Below, piece by piece: positions 1 through 13,915 of a DNA stretch of 64,000 bases. The notes under the pieces are model-generated. The model made no database searches, was not told the DNA's origin, and saw only the letters and a program-made list of their open reading frames with translations. The stretch is from positions 188,248,107 through 188,312,106 of the forward strand of contig NC_085844.1 in assembly GCF_035594765.1 (NCBI RefSeq). The letters are read 5' to 3'. Made by a program: the position numbers and the translations under genes. Position 1 is the first letter of the stretch. Each line of letters begins with the position of its first letter. This DNA is from Anolis carolinensis (lineage: Eukaryota).

Positions 1-1417
1 TAATTGTAGCATGTTATCTCAATTGACCACAGCAACAGTATCAAGCTATTCCAGTTGAGGCAGGGTAAGAATGTATGCATCAGCCGAAATGTATTGGAGA
101 CATTTAGAGCTAATGAGGCTACATGAGCCTCTATGATGGCTTGGCCTAAGAGGCTACTTGAGCCTCTATCATGGCTTGGGCAACTGTGGGAGGTTGAAAA
201 GACCCTATAGGGCTGCAGCCTGCCACTATATCCCTCCACCAAAAAACAAACAAGCACATTTTTTTTGTTAAATGCCACCATTTTGTTAAATGTCCCAGCT
301 GATCCGTGAATGTTAAACACTCATGATTACTGAGAGAAATGCTATAAAAATAGATGTAGGGAGGTTCAAGGAAGAAACTATCATAGTTTAAATTTTAATT
401 CTAATTATTAGTGTTAGCTTTACATTGCTTTCTACATAAGAAAATAATGCCTGCAGTCTAACAAAACACATTGCAAAGAAACCCAATTAGGTTGTTTGCA
501 CGAGTATCTTTCATGCCACAAATTATAGCAATCTGATATTACTTTAACCACCATTGAGATGACAGCTATATACATCAGAATGAAAGGCCCAGACTTCACA
601 GAAATACAAGATTTCCTCCCTGAGCCAGATTGTCTTCTTCCCAAGAATCTGCACGGTTTCTGCAGGCTCTGGTCTGGGTGACCAGTCAGCAATAGAGGGG
701 GGCAGGCTCTTTCTTGAGCCACACATTAAGCAATAGGTTCCACTTTGGGATGCCTGGGGAATACATTTTTGTTCCCCCAATCAGTCTGCTTCAATCTGGG
801 CTTTTGCTGCCTTTCCATGCACCCTATATGTGCTAGGGTTTTATTTATGCTGGCGCTATATATCACACACTTAGCATTGCAGCATGGGACAAGATTCAGG
901 GGGTTTTTTTTGGTGGGGGGGCACTTCAAGCCCTTCATTTCTCATTAGAGGATCCCCATAAGATATAGGGGTACAAGTGGTCAGGGTTCAGTCCCCATTC
1001 AAGGGACTGAAGTAAACATATCACCCAATTGTGTCAGGGAATCCCTCAATTGCCAGAGGACTAAATACCTTGCAGCATTTAGAGATGAAAACTAGGATAC
1101 TAGGAGAGCAGCATCAGAGTGTGGTCAGAATATAAACTTTCTCATTGATCTAAAAAGCTCTAAGAACTTTTAAAGGCTTTTAAGAAAGCGTTGTATTGTT
1201 TTAACCTCTACTTTTCATCCTTTTAAGTGTATGTTTTAAATAGTTTTACTGCTAACAATTCAATGGCATTTTAATGTCTAATTTTGTACAGTTGTAGCTA
1301 TTTTTCAAGCCTTTTAATTTTGTAAGCTGCCTTGAGTCCCAATTTTGAGAAAAAGGTAGGGCATAAATAACATGAAGTAGATTAGCAGCAGCAGCATTAT
1401 TAGTATTGTGGGCTTAC

Positions 1418-1528
1418 CTTGGGAGTGAACATATGCACAATCCCATCTACTGCTCCCCTCAAGAGCAAACCTCGAATCAGGAAACAGATCAACACCACAT
1501 AAGGAAAGAGGGAGCTGAAGTACATCAC
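1418..1528 (-). CDS. SLC6A17: SLC6A17 coding exon 5 (gene exon 6), 111 bp; gene continues beyond window start
   Basis: Reads [37 protein letters not shown]; acceptor attttctcttag|GTG, donor AAG|gtaagc; phase 0/0 matches preceding exon. Confidence 0.95.
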
Positions 1529-1884
1529 CTAAGAGAAAATGAGATGCTATGTCATAACGTGGGAATAGGCTTCATACATGATATATTCAAGGAAGAATAC
1601 TAAAGCTGTGGTAACACCATAGAAAACATATGTCTACTTGTAGTGACATGCCTTTCTGAAAAGCATTTTAGGAATATTTTAGTGAGGTATTGAGAATAGG
1701 GACTTGTTCAGAAAACTATAAGCTCTCTCCAACAGTATTACAGTTCCTAATTCCCATAAAATATTAATTAGTTTATATGTGATGTGAATGTGTTGTAATG
1801 CAGTTAATTGAGCAAGAGCATCCTAAAAATTGGAATAAGTTTTCTAGGTGTAACATTGCGGAATGCTGCATCATAACTGGAGTA

Positions 1885-2068
1885 TGACTTTGGAGAAAGG
1901 GTTTGAATCCCCAGTGAGCTATGGAAAGCCTTTGGGTGGCCTTGGGCAAGTCAAACACTTTCAGCCTAAGCAGAAGGCAGAAGTCAAACCTCCCTCTGAA
2001 CAAATCTTTCCAAGAAAACCATATGAAGACAGCTCCTTAGGGCTACCATACTTGAAGGCCCACAACAA
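1885..2068 (+). mobile_element. Old tRNA/CORE-type SINE (related copies ~53500-53685 +, ~37490-37700 -, ~38735-38950 -, ~28590-28890 -)
   Basis: gggtttgaatccc B-box, ccttgggcaagtca core, ttgaaggc..acaacaa tail. Confidence 0.55.
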
Positions 2069-2466
2069 TTTATTCCCTATAGACTTTTACACATGTTTCT
2101 TTCTGTATCATATAGCTGCCTAAAGCACAGAGACAGGCAAAATGAATTTGGTGGCAGATCAAAGTTTGCATCTTTTTCTTCTTATCTGTCTGCAGTTACC
2201 TGCCGAATAAGAACTGCTCATGATGTCTACAGATGTTTGAATTATGGTTATTGGAGCAGAACTGCAGACCCGGAATTGATATTGATTGCTATTCTGCAAC
2301 AAATTATAAGACAATTGAGTTGTGGAGTGCCTGATGGAGGATCCAGATTGATCCACCTCCTCCCAGGATTTAGATACATAGACACGCATTTCTTTATAAG
2401 TCTGTTCACTTGTGTTGTAGTATGACAAGTTCTGTTAAGCTTCTAGTTGCCACTATCAGCCCTTAC

Positions 2467-2648
2467 CTTTCCCGAAGACTGGATTCCTTTGATCATGGCC
2501 AAGCACACAAAAGTCCAAGCTGCTAGTAGGCATAAGGTCATTCTCCAATTAAGCCCACCACTCTCTGAGATGGAATTTGAAATTTCCAGGGCATCACGGT
2601 ACCAGAAATAGGTTGTAGCAGAGCTTTTGTCACATTCTGGTTCCACAG
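2467..2648 (-). CDS. SLC6A17: SLC6A17 coding exon 4 (gene exon 5), 182 bp
   Basis: (T)[60 protein letters not shown]; acceptor ttttcag|CT, donor AAG|gtaagg; phase 1 in, phase 0 out. Confidence 0.96.
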
Positions 2649-3328
2649 CTGAAAATGAGATGTGTTTTGGTTGTTACATGATGCACAGTCCTTTCTTTTT
2701 GGCATCTCATTAACACAGTAAAGCAAGTCAATATTTAGAGCCAAAGGAGGATGTACAAGCATCACAAGGCACTCTATAAAAGATGTCTATGCTTCATAGA
2801 AGGAGAAAGGGAGAAGGGAGACGTTCCAGCTGAAATAGGTTAAATAAATGGGGTAATTTACACTCACTATAAAACATTCAACTATCTGTTGGGTGATGTT
2901 CAAATTCTATTACACGCTCCATTAACCTCCAAAGCATTTCTGTTTTACTCAATGGAAAGTATTCATTTGCTGCCAACCAATGGTCAAATACAATTCTATA
3001 TCCTACCAGCTGGAAACAAGGCACCACTTAAACTGGGAGGGCTCTCTTTAGTATTTTCGACAATCTCAGAGAAAACATAGCTGTCTAATGACAGAGTATG
3101 AGCAGCCTGAAAAAGTTATTTGATTGGACTAAAGCTGCCAGTATCCCCATGGAGAAAGCAGATGTTCAGTAAATGTTTCTTTCTCCTTTTGTGTCACAAT
3201 GATGGAAGAAGAGAGTAGATGACAATTACCTATATCTGAGTACTGGAATGAACAGGCCCAAGTGAAACTCAAAGGCTTGACTTATCACTCCACCCTCTCA
3301 TACCAAGTTCTGAAGGCAAGATACTCAC

Positions 3329-3455
3329 TTGCTACTGAGCCGTTTTTTAAGAGAGGGCACTCGCTCCAAGGCAAAGGATACTGGAAAGATTTGAAGAAGT
3401 AAAAGATGCTCCACCCTATGATCACATTGTAATACAGCCCGACAAACAAGCAGAC
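3329..3455 (-). CDS. SLC6A17: SLC6A17 coding exon 3 (gene exon 4), 127 bp
   Basis: [42 protein letters not shown]; acceptor ttttgtcag|GTC, donor A|gtgagt; SLC6 TM3 YYN motif and LPW..C. Confidence 0.96.
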
Positions 3456-5785
3456 CTGACAAAAGGAGAACAAAATAGTGTTTGGATCCTGTACATCAAT
3501 TATGTCCTTCAAAGAAACTCAGGGAATATACAGAAAAGAATGACAAATATTGGCCATGGAAATACATAACGTTAGCCTGAACATCCATAGGAGTACACTG
3601 AAATAACAAATGACCACTGGAATTCATTAAATATAGTTGTTAAACTGTCTACATCAGTGATCCAAAAATTGAGGAACGATCAGAACAAGAATAGGGAGTT
3701 AAGTAATTAAGGACTTTTATGGCCCAAGATACAGAAGATCAGAAGCCTTTAGGCCCTCCCATCCCTTATCCCCCCCCCCAGTCTTTTCCCCGTGATCCCT
3801 GACACTGCCCTCTCTCACCCTTCCACTTCCCACCCCTCCCCTTATCCCACCCCTCTCACCCTTCTCTCCTTTTACCTATTTTTAAAATATTTACCCTCCT
3901 TTGGAAATACTTCAATACAAATTATTTTTAAAAATTTAGTCAAATTCAGTCCTTAGCAAAATAGCTGGTATTCCAAGTTACTCACGTTTACAAGATGTGA
4001 TAAGACAAGATTTGACTAATTTATTTTGATATACTATAATAATATTAATATAGATATTCTAAGCCGCAATTTCTCGGATGGTCTATGCAAAAATCTTATG
4101 TTTGCTCAATATTTTGAAATGTATGCTGTTTTTTTAAAAAAGTGTTTTACCTTTTAAAATTAAAATGTTAAAATTTTATAAAATGTAAAACTGATTATTC
4201 TTTGAGGTTACTATTTTTAGATAAATACAGCAGAAATAAACCATGATAAAAATATATATTTGAAAGTATTCAAAATAAAAGAAGCACCATTATAAACAAA
4301 CAAATAAAATGAAAAGAAACTCCAACAGTTTTAGCTAGAAGTGGAGAGATTATTCTCCCACAACCTTCGTATTATTACATTTCTTACCTTTCTGCCCACA
4401 GTTATACAACCTACAACCTAACATAAAGTCTTCATTGATCAAACAGAAAGCCTTCATTGATCAAACAGAAAACCTAAGCCCTTGGAAAAACAAATGGTAT
4501 CTGGTGAATCACATTCCCTAATGTATCAATTACTAATGTTGTGGGAACTTTGTGGGATTACAAGCCCTCTCACAATTATTACTGTTAGCTTTTAGTTCAG
4601 TTCTGCAGAGAATCAATTCCTTTGGCAGCATTGAACTGGCAACTAAGCCATAAAGGCGAAACTTTGAGGAAGGGCATCAAGAAATGGAAATGCACATTTT
4701 TGAGGTCATAACGTTTCTGGAGGTGTGTGTACGCACATGCCTATGGCCATATGTCCCAGAAGGGAATCTGTCTCTCAGGGCTGAAACAATGGTCAGAAAT
4801 CAAGACTGACGTGTTGCATTTGCACAGGAGATTCAGAGTTGGGAGCTAGAGCCATCTTTGCAAAGCCAGCCACAAAGTATTTCAATTTTGATGCAAAACC
4901 CAAATCATTACCTTTTTCACTGTCTCAATTCTACATATAACAAGCAGCTGGACTGAGAAATACTTTTGATTTCAACAATAGCAACAGGAAAGCATTTTCC
5001 GTAACACCAGAAGGAAGCTGGCTTCTTTAGGAAATGCAAAGCAGACTGACCTCTAAAAAGGGAGAAATGCTTGGAGAAATGCCATCCTACACCATCTGCC
5101 TCCTGGAGTGGTTAGCTCACTGTCTAATGGTAAGGCTGTCCTTACAGTCTTATGATTCACATAAAATGCTAAGTGAGAAAACTATGCTCAGTAGGGGTTT
5201 GAGTAGGTGTAGCAATGCTGACCTTCTGTTCCAGTATCTGGTGGCTGTGCTATCACTGCTGGTCTCCTGAGCCACTATATCTGGAAGATGAATCAATGAA
5301 CTACAGCTACATTTACTTTTGGGAGGTGGAAGCAGAGAATCAGATTAGGACACATTACACCTTCTTGAAGGGCATATCTGGTCTGCTCAAGTGTCTATAC
5401 GAATCTGCCCTATCTGTTTTAGGTGAAATCAAAATAGGTCAGGTATTGATGGCATTCACTTGATTTTGGTATGCAGTCCTGGGGAAACAAATCTCCCAGC
5501 CGTATTTGATTTCTCTTCTGTAACAGCTACTTATTCTTAACAACAGGAAGTAGATCTGCTGGACCAGGCCTGCACAATCTGTGGCCTTCTAGGTGTTTTT
5601 GGACTTCAGCTCCCAGAATTCCTGGCCATTGGAGCAGCTGGTTAGAACTTCTGGAAGTTAAAGGCCCAAACACCTGGAGAGCCTCAGTTTATTCAGGCAC
5701 GTGCTAGACAATCGAGTCCACCTATCTACAATCAATTCAGACACATTTCATACAACCAGTTATGAGGCATGTTCAAGCAACCCAC

Positions 5786-5943
5786 TAGGCAGCTGGCAAA
5801 TCCAATGCCCCCCAACCGGGGACAGACATAATTCCACACTCCTATGCTGCCACGGCGGATTCTCTGGCCCACAGCTAATTCCAGAAAGAACAGAGGGATT
5901 CCGATGAGGATGAGCAGTATCAGGTATGGAACAAGGTAGGCAC
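5786..5943 (-). CDS. SLC6A17: SLC6A17 coding exon 2 (gene exon 3), 158 bp; absent from the ORF track
   Basis: (G)[52 protein letters not shown]; acceptor ctttccag|GT, donor CTA|gtgggt; phase 1 in, 0 out. Confidence 0.96.
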
Positions 5944-8525
5944 CTGGAAAGAAAGAGATGGGTTGTTAGAGCAGCCTGCCTGGGATTATGCTCTTTTAGA
6001 GTGACAATTTAGTATTCTTCTGTTCCAGAACTGTCTATGGTTCCAGGCTTCCTAATCATAAACATCCCTGCTATAAAATAAGCTTTATTGGTGGTAAATG
6101 ATGCAAAAAACTGTACTCAGCTGAAAATCATTCCAGCCCTTTCACTTAAGGGCTCTAGCTTCTTGTTACAATCAATGATAGAACTGGGACCCAAGACAAT
6201 TAAACCTTACCCATGATATCTCTGGTTAGTGCTTCAGCTCTCCATCACTGGTTATGTGGGGGCCCTGAGGTGGAAGTACACTATCTCCAGAGTGAGGCCA
6301 ATGGAAGATGGATTCCCAAGGACAACATTGTGTAAAAGCAAATATATGTATGTTTATGTGTGCATATAACATGAACCATTTCTCCTCTCACAGCTAAAAA
6401 AACCCATGCAATTAGGTTAGCAACAGAGGAAAATTCACTCCCCAAGTCCATTCTCAGCCTTCCTATCTTTTTCCAACATTGAATTTCCAAGCTAATGTAA
6501 AAAAAAAATCACATAAGGTCATGCACACAAGTTGGCTCTTTCTCTATAGTTGGCTCTTTCTCTATATATTTGACCATGATGCTAACAAAGCCTTCAAAAT
6601 CCATCTGCCTAACATCAGAGGCCCAGGTAGCTACAATTACATTTTACACAGCTATCTTCCTCCAAAAGGGATCAATGTACTCTCACCTTCCCACCTTTTC
6701 TCATTGCAACAACCCTGAGAGATATGTTAGCCTGACAGCTAATGACTAGCTCAAGTTCACAAAGTAAGCTCATTGGTTGAATGGATTCTGGTACAACATT
6801 CTGACCATTACACCACACTGGCAGTGTCCAAATCTGAGAGAGATCATAACCTCTTCCTACTTGAAAATTTTTATATTTTACCAGCAATGGCTCAGTTTCT
6901 TGCTTAGGTGGAAAAGGATCAGGATTTGCAGATGTGCTACCTATCTGCTGACACAGGTCCTATTGTTACTGCTTCATTCTAAAGAGCCATCCATTCCCAT
7001 CAAGGGCAGTTGGTGGGCTTCTGCATCAATGGTGTAATGTTGCTCCTTTCATTTTTTTAATTCTAGACTTTAATAGAGCTGTCCAAGTTGTTGTATTCTT
7101 CATCCAAAAGAGATTCAGCACTATGGATAGGTCCTTTAGAGTCTAGAATACAGTTTTATTCACAACCCCACTGACAAAACAAGTGTCTCACCAAACTTGA
7201 GGCTAGCTCTAAGAAAGCTGTGGCCCCTGTGTGTGAGATATGCTGCTATTGATAGAGTTCACTTGCTTTTTGTCTTTACGCTGGGTGTTGGAAAGTGGCT
7301 TGTTCTTTTCCTGCCTCAAGATTTTGGCTGCTGTGTTAACAAAAGCTGTTCCCTGTGACATGAAGGGTGCCAATATTAGTCCAGAAAAGAGCAAACCAAA
7401 GTACACAGTGGCTAAACTAGGAATAATTCCAAACAAGACTCACAGTATGAAGGGATAATGGCAGCAAGAGGAACTGGGACATGAAAGGGGAAAGCTGTAT
7501 TTGTGGGACTTATTTTTATATCTTCTGATTGAGGAGAGTAACAGGAGCAACTGGAAATATGCCTATATTCCCATGAAAGGCATGCAATATAACAGGATAG
7601 AATGCTAATAGAGATACTTAAGATGTTCTTTCTCTTCAGGTGTACACACACAAGAAACAAACATACTTCTCAAGTGATGCAGAACATTTGCAATGAACTA
7701 TGTTGTTCAATTGTAATTCTGGGAGTTATTACAAGAATATGTGCAGAGAGTACTTTAGATCTGGGGCGGGGAAGAATACACAATAGTAGTAGCACATGCT
7801 CAGTTTCCTTAAGGTACTCATTCTTTGATGAAAACTACAATACCTATTTAAGTGGACAGTGTCAGTTCTCAACACAATAAAACCAACAAAAATCCAGTGG
7901 ATGATGCATGAACACTAATCACAGCATACTTTCCTCTGAAGAAAAAAAATCCTAGGGCAATCCATTGAAGAGTTAGCATTAGTATTGTATTAGTAATGAG
8001 AACCTTAGCAACCTACATTAGATTCATCCATTGCAATATGACTGCTTACAACTGCTGAATATTCTTTACTACTAACAGCATTTTAAAAAACGGATTTTTA
8101 TATGTGAAGCTCTGGGAAAACTTGGTCCCTAGCAAGGTGAAATACAATTGTTAAGGCTGACGTATGATTTATTTATTCCAAGCAATCTATATTCTGCTTG
8201 TTAATTTTTAAACACTTTCCCAGAATAGCCAATAAGAAAGAATTAAAAGGGAGTTTAAACTCATTTCCAAGGTAGACAAAAATATCTATTAGTAAAAACA
8301 AGAATGTTTTAAGACAGAGGAGAATCAATAAAGCAAAATGTATTACAAAAGAGAACGAATGCAGTTCCTTCAGGCCATCTTTCATTTTCTGCCAAAATAA
8401 CAGCAGAAACCTTAATCTTAAAACATACATTTCTTATTTAACATCTTATATTTAATGATAAATGGCGAAATAACATTCAAGTTCCATAAGGTACTACAAG
8501 GTGCCAGGCAATACCTTACCTCCTA

Positions 8526-8857
8526 AAGTAAAGGTAAAGGTTTTCCCTGATGTTAAGTCCAGTCGTGTCCGACTCTGGAGGTTGGTGCTCATCTCCACTT
8601 CTAAGCCGAAGAGCCAGCATTGTCCGTAGACACCTCCAAGGTCATGTGGCCAGCATGACTGCATGGAACGCTGTTACCTTCCCACCAGAGTGGTACCTAT
8701 TGATCTACTCACATTTGCATGTTTTTGAACTGCTAGGTTGGCAGAAGCTGGAGCTAACAGCGGGCGCTCACTCCACTCCTCGGATTTGAACCTGGGACCT
8801 TTCGGTCTGCAAGTTCAACAGCTCAGCGCTTTAACACACTGAACCACCGGAGGCTCC
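8526..8857 (-). mobile_element. Sauria SINE, full length
   Basis: tRNA-like head, (ACCTTT)n tail, 14-bp TSD TACCTTACCTCCTA (8512-8525, 8858-8871). Confidence 0.92.
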
Positions 8858-10320
8858 TACCTTACCTCCTACAGTACCACAAAATATATAAAGCAATATG
8901 TAATGTTAATCATATTTTTAAACAAATTTGATTATTGCAGTCACTCTTATTTGAGAGGAAAGGCAACTGTGCAGTCTATTATGGAGAAGGCAGTTGTAGG
9001 ATCTGATCTAAAACATACTCATGATCTGTGCAGTTGGACATTTCTCTTGTCTACCTCTCCCAACCTTGAAAGACTGATAACTGTAACCAGCATATCTGTG
9101 ACAAGTTGCAGTCAGGTAAGCAGTTGTTTTCAGCTGTAAAACTATACAAAACCCCAATCAGACTGGGAGCACACATCAGATGAAGGCCTAACACCTGCTG
9201 TTCTTCCAGAAGAAATGAGGCCAGATTAAGTTAATCCATTTAAATACATCCCCAACATGACATGCAGTTTTGGTCCTCTGTCAAAGGGAGCTATTTGTCT
9301 AGTTTCTGCCATGCCACTAGACCATGCCTACAATCTCCAGAGACTATATTTCCACTCTCTAATCAAAATGAACCAGGTCACCAAAGGAGACCATAGAAGT
9401 CTGTTTCTATATCACTGTTGCTCCCAGTTTGAGCATGTTTCTTAAAACAATAGTTACCAATCTTTAGTTAATCAAGTGTTTGGAGCTTCAACTCCCAGAC
9501 GTCCTGGCCAATTTGGCCAATTGTTTAGAATTATTGGAGCTGAAGTCCAAAATACCTGGGGACCAAATGCCAGGAACAACCAGCTTAAAAGATTCTATCA
9601 ATTTAACCATCATTTCTGCCTGTGTAATAATTTGACAACAAAGTTTTCTTTGTCTTTTCTTTTGCCTTTTGATGCTTGTAAAACATGTAAAACATAAGCT
9701 AGGATAGTTGTATACCCCAGTTCCATTGACTGTCAAAATAGTTGGTAGCAGGATTGCCAGATTGCAAACTAGAAATGATTTCTGTTCCTTTAAGGTTGTT
9801 CAGCAGAAAGAATTTCAGCAAATATTGCTTATTACCTGATTGCATAACAAGGCACACTTGCTAAAATTTCCACTTCTGAATAACTATTAAAGATACCAGA
9901 ATCATATCCAGTTTTTAGTCTGGAAATTCTAATTGGCAAATAGCTGCTAGCCACAAAATTAGTATACAACAGCTGTAATCTGTACATTACACATCGGCCC
10001 CACAATCTATTACAGCAGATTAATATATACTAATTTACTTCAGCACTATGGATGTTCAGCTGGGCGACTGAAATATTCTGTTGAGTACACAGTGTTCCAG
10101 AGAATTGGCCCAGTCTCTTCCTCTTTGTAAGGGAAAGCTGTTCACTCTACTAAACATATGTGCACTTTATTATTGGTATAATGGAGGCGGGGGAGAATTG
10201 TAAAGTACAACTACTCTCAGTGAAAATTTGCTGTCTTCACATGTAGCAGCACTGTTTTAATATATACAAAAAATCTTACATCACCAGTCAGGTAGTTGAA
10301 GTCATATTGTTGATCACGAT

Positions 10321-11092
10321 GGGCCCTTCTAGACAGGTCCAAAATACGAGACTTGTCTCGCTTTTACCAGAGGCGTCCAAACAACACCTCCTGTAAAAGC
10401 AAGACAAGTCCCGCATTTTGGACCTGTCTGGAAGGGCCCATAGTGATCAATCATATGATTTCAATTACCTGACTGGTGATGGAAGGTAAACTGAGTTTTA
10501 CCAGTTAACTCTGTGTTAATTAAACACCTCAACAAATCCGGACCTTCCTGAAAGGCCTGGGTTTGTTGAGGTACTGGGTCTGTGGGGATGACTCTTGAGA
10601 CTGCTTCTGCAGTCCCGGGGGCCTGTACCCATAGTCATCCCGCTTCTTTGGGCTACTAAAAGCCCGGAGGAGTGGGATGGCGCCCACTTACTCCCCTCCA
10701 ACCCCCCATTTGGGCCCCAAAACATACCAGACAGGCTTGCTGGCAGAACAGCCATCTCCCTACAGTCCTCCTGGTGTGAGAAAATGGTGCATCAGGAGGT
10801 GGGGGGGGGGAATTTCCCTCCTCTCTCCTCCCTTCTGCTAATGCATCATTTTATCACATCAGGAGGACTGTAGGGAGAGGTCTGTGATGCCAGAAAGCCT
10901 CTTTGGTAAGTTTTGAGGCCTAAATGGGGGCTGGGGGTGTGTGTTTGGATGTCATCCCAATTTGACTCAGGATGGCATGTAGCCACACACCCCAGGGAAA
11001 GTCCAGGATTTGCATTGGGGACTAAAACCCATGCAGACATGGGTTATTTTAACCCATTTCTGTGCAGGTATTAACTCTGTCTGGAAGTGCCC
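10321..11092. mobile_element. PIF/Harbinger-like non-autonomous element with rearranged left end
   Basis: Termini gggcccttctagacag / ctgtctggaagtgccc. Confidence 0.55.
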
Positions 11093-11886
11093 ACAGAAAA
11101 CAGAGTGGGAAACCAAAGAGGCTGCTAGTTCTATCCACACACTTATTATATTCTGTATAGTTCAGCATCTCGGTCTTAAAATATTTGGAACAGATTGTTT
11201 AAAATAATCTAAATAAAGTAATCATGGGCTATTGTTGGATAAATATCAAAGAATCCTATGGCACTTAATACAAGCCAGTTCATTAAAGCATGGGCATTCA
11301 TGGACTCTAGCTTATATTGTTCAAGTACTTCTTTAATGTTTCCATTGTTTCTTTAAAAAACAAACAAACATGAAAATCCACTACATATGAAATTAACTGT
11401 TATCACAACTTCATCAATCAATGTACTGTTTGTTTTTGCCTCCATAAAATATTGGGATAAATTTTCTCAGTAGTTTGGGAGAAGATTAAGTATCAGAGAT
11501 GCATTCATTACAATGAAGTTTATACCAGGGAGAAACTACATACTCTTGACCAGATTTCTTTCCATAGTTCATTGCCAATGACAACAATATTTCTTTCCTT
11601 TTTCATGAGCATTTAAATACCAAGATTTTGATCAATGGCAGCAACCTTGGCCTTATGTAGGACAAATCAGGAGCAACACTACCATTTTGTTTGATCAGAT
11701 CATCATCTAGTGTAACTAGAAGATCTAACTGCCTTTTATACTTTCCAGGATTCCAAAAAGAGTTTGCAGCTACATGTGGTTTTTTTTTTCCTGATCAGCG
11801 CAAAGATTTTTGCTATTTACGCACTAAACACACACACATTCAGCTTGCATCAGCTAGTTTCAGTTTCAAGAACTATCAAGGTATAG

Positions 11887-12121
11887 GGTTGTTGTGTGTT
11901 TTCTGGGCTGTATGGCCATATTCCAGAAGTATTCTCTCATGACGTTTCACCCACATCTATGGCAGGCATCCTCAGACGTAGTGAGGTACCTCGCTACCTC
12001 TGAGGATGCCTGCCATAGATGTGGGTGAAACATCACGAGAGAATACTTCTGGAACATGGCCATACAGCCCAGAAAACACACAACAACCCTGTGATTTCGG
12101 CCATGAAAGCCTTCGACAACA
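11887..12121. mobile_element. Penelope-like terminal repeat inserted as an inverted (palindromic) pair, with hammerhead motifs on both strands
   Basis: ~103-bp inverted arms centred at 11987/11988; 13-bp flanking duplication TATCAAGGTATAG (11874-11886, 12122-12134); CTGAGGA...GAAAC motif. Confidence 0.8.
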
Positions 12122-13410
12122 TATCAAGGTATAGCCATGAAGTTAGCTAATGAGTGAGTGCTGGGAAATATATGAAGAAGCTCATAGGATGACAGCAACT
12201 CAAGATACAGATCTATTAAGGAAATGACAGATATTTTTCATAAACTGAGCTTCCTTGAAGTGCACAGCTTGGGAAAGTGCTGATTTATGTAATTGTGAAG
12301 GAAAGGATAAAAGGAACTGTCAGAATTCCCCTTCCATGTTGTATTTATGAATGATAGGCAGGTTCCTGTTGAATAAGCTCTATTTAAGCAAATCTGGCCT
12401 TTAGCAAAGAGCTGGTTAAAAGGTTCTAATGCTTCCAGCTCTTTCAAAAGGGCTACAGATAATGTTCTTATGGTCAGAAATTTGTAGGTGTTAAATAAAT
12501 TTGACCAGAGGACTCAATATCCTAAAGGCACAAGATCCTATCTTATCTTGGAAGATAAGGGTCAGTACCACCAAGGAATATATATTTAGAGGAAAGAACT
12601 GTCAAAACCTTCACTGAATATTCCTTATCTAAGAAAACCCTATGAAAACCATGGAGTTACCAGAAGTCAGCAGGCAACGTGAAGACAGATAGACACACAA
12701 AGAAAGTTGACCAGACCATGGAAAGGGAAGCGGGGTTGAACTACAAATCTTAGAGTTCCTCAGCCAGTTTTCCCTGAAAAAGCTCCTGCAATTTTAATTC
12801 TAATTTGACATCTTTCTCCCAACAATGCACCATCATGGTTGGCAAGATGTCACACATTGATCTGTTGGCCTGCTTTGCAGCCATTAAAGGAATGGAAACT
12901 GTGATACAAAAATAGCTCACACTCCAAATGCTGAGTCACCTGATCTCCAAATGGGTTAGATGAGCAGGCCCATTTCTGCTCATAATGGTCAGAAACTATG
13001 CCACAAAAATAGCATCTATACCAAAGAGACACAAGTCACTTGAAAATGATCCAGGAAACACTGGCACTAGCACTGCCAGTGGACTTTCATGCAAATAGGT
13101 TAGAGAAAACAGCCAAGGGAACATATGCTCAGATATGAAAGAGAAATCATGGAATCCAAGATCTCAGCCACAGGGTTTATTCACTAAACAACCTGCTGTA
13201 ATGCAGAAAAAGAAGCAAATCAGTGATACTACGGTACCCTCTAAAAGCCTCTTAGATGTATCTTGATTGTAAAGCATGCTAAAATAAGAGGAGAATAAAA
13301 TTTCCCAATCTGAAACCCAGTTTCTGTTTGTATTTTTCCAGTAATTCTCAGCCAATAAATATTAGTACTCACTTTCAACTCTCCATCCTTACTCCTGGTC
13401 CCTGTATCTC

Positions 13411-13560
13411 AGGCCACTTCCACATTACTATATAATCCAGATTATCAAAGTAGATAATCCACATTGTCTGCTTTGAATTGGGTTATATGAGACTACACTG
13501 ACATATAATCCAGTTCAAAGCAAATAATCTGGATTTTATATGGCAGTGTAGGAGGGGCCT
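13411..13560. mobile_element. Harbinger-like MITE (related copies at ~14258-14394 and ~60512-60686)
   Basis: aggccacttccaca ... tgtaggaggggcct termini with internal ataatccag repeats. Confidence 0.6.
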
Positions 13561-13592
13561 CAGAGACTTCATTTTTAATCACATGTTTTTCC

Positions 13593-13915
13593 TGTTGGCG
13601 CAGTGTGTTAAAGTGCTGAGCTGCTGTACTTGAGGATCGAAAGGTTGCAGGTTCAAAGTCCGGGGAGCGCAGTGAGCACCTGCTGTTAACCCCAGCTTCT
13701 GCCAACCTAGCAGTTCGAAAACATGCAAATGTGAGTAGATCAATAGGTACCACTCCGGTGGGAAGGTAATGGCGCTCCATGCAGTCATGCCAGCCACATG
13801 ACCTTGGAGGTGTCAATGGACAACGCCGGCTCTTCGACTTAGAAATGGAGATGAGCACCAACCCCCAGAGCAGGACACAACCGGACTTAATGTTAGGGGA
13901 AACCTTTACCTTTAA
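13593..13915 (+). mobile_element. Sauria SINE
   Basis: Near-identical to the other copies; ends in acctttaccttt. Confidence 0.9.

Noticed and set aside
4430-6567. Short tandem duplications (22 bp at ~4430, 18 bp at ~6530)
   Set aside because: Two-copy slippage duplications in intron; no spacer structure, not CRISPR-like.
7114-10053. Identical 15-mer TTCAGCACTATGGAT at 7114 and 10039 resembling RE1
   Set aside because: Both miss key RE1 core bases, and one or two repeated 15-mers are expected by chance in 64 kb.
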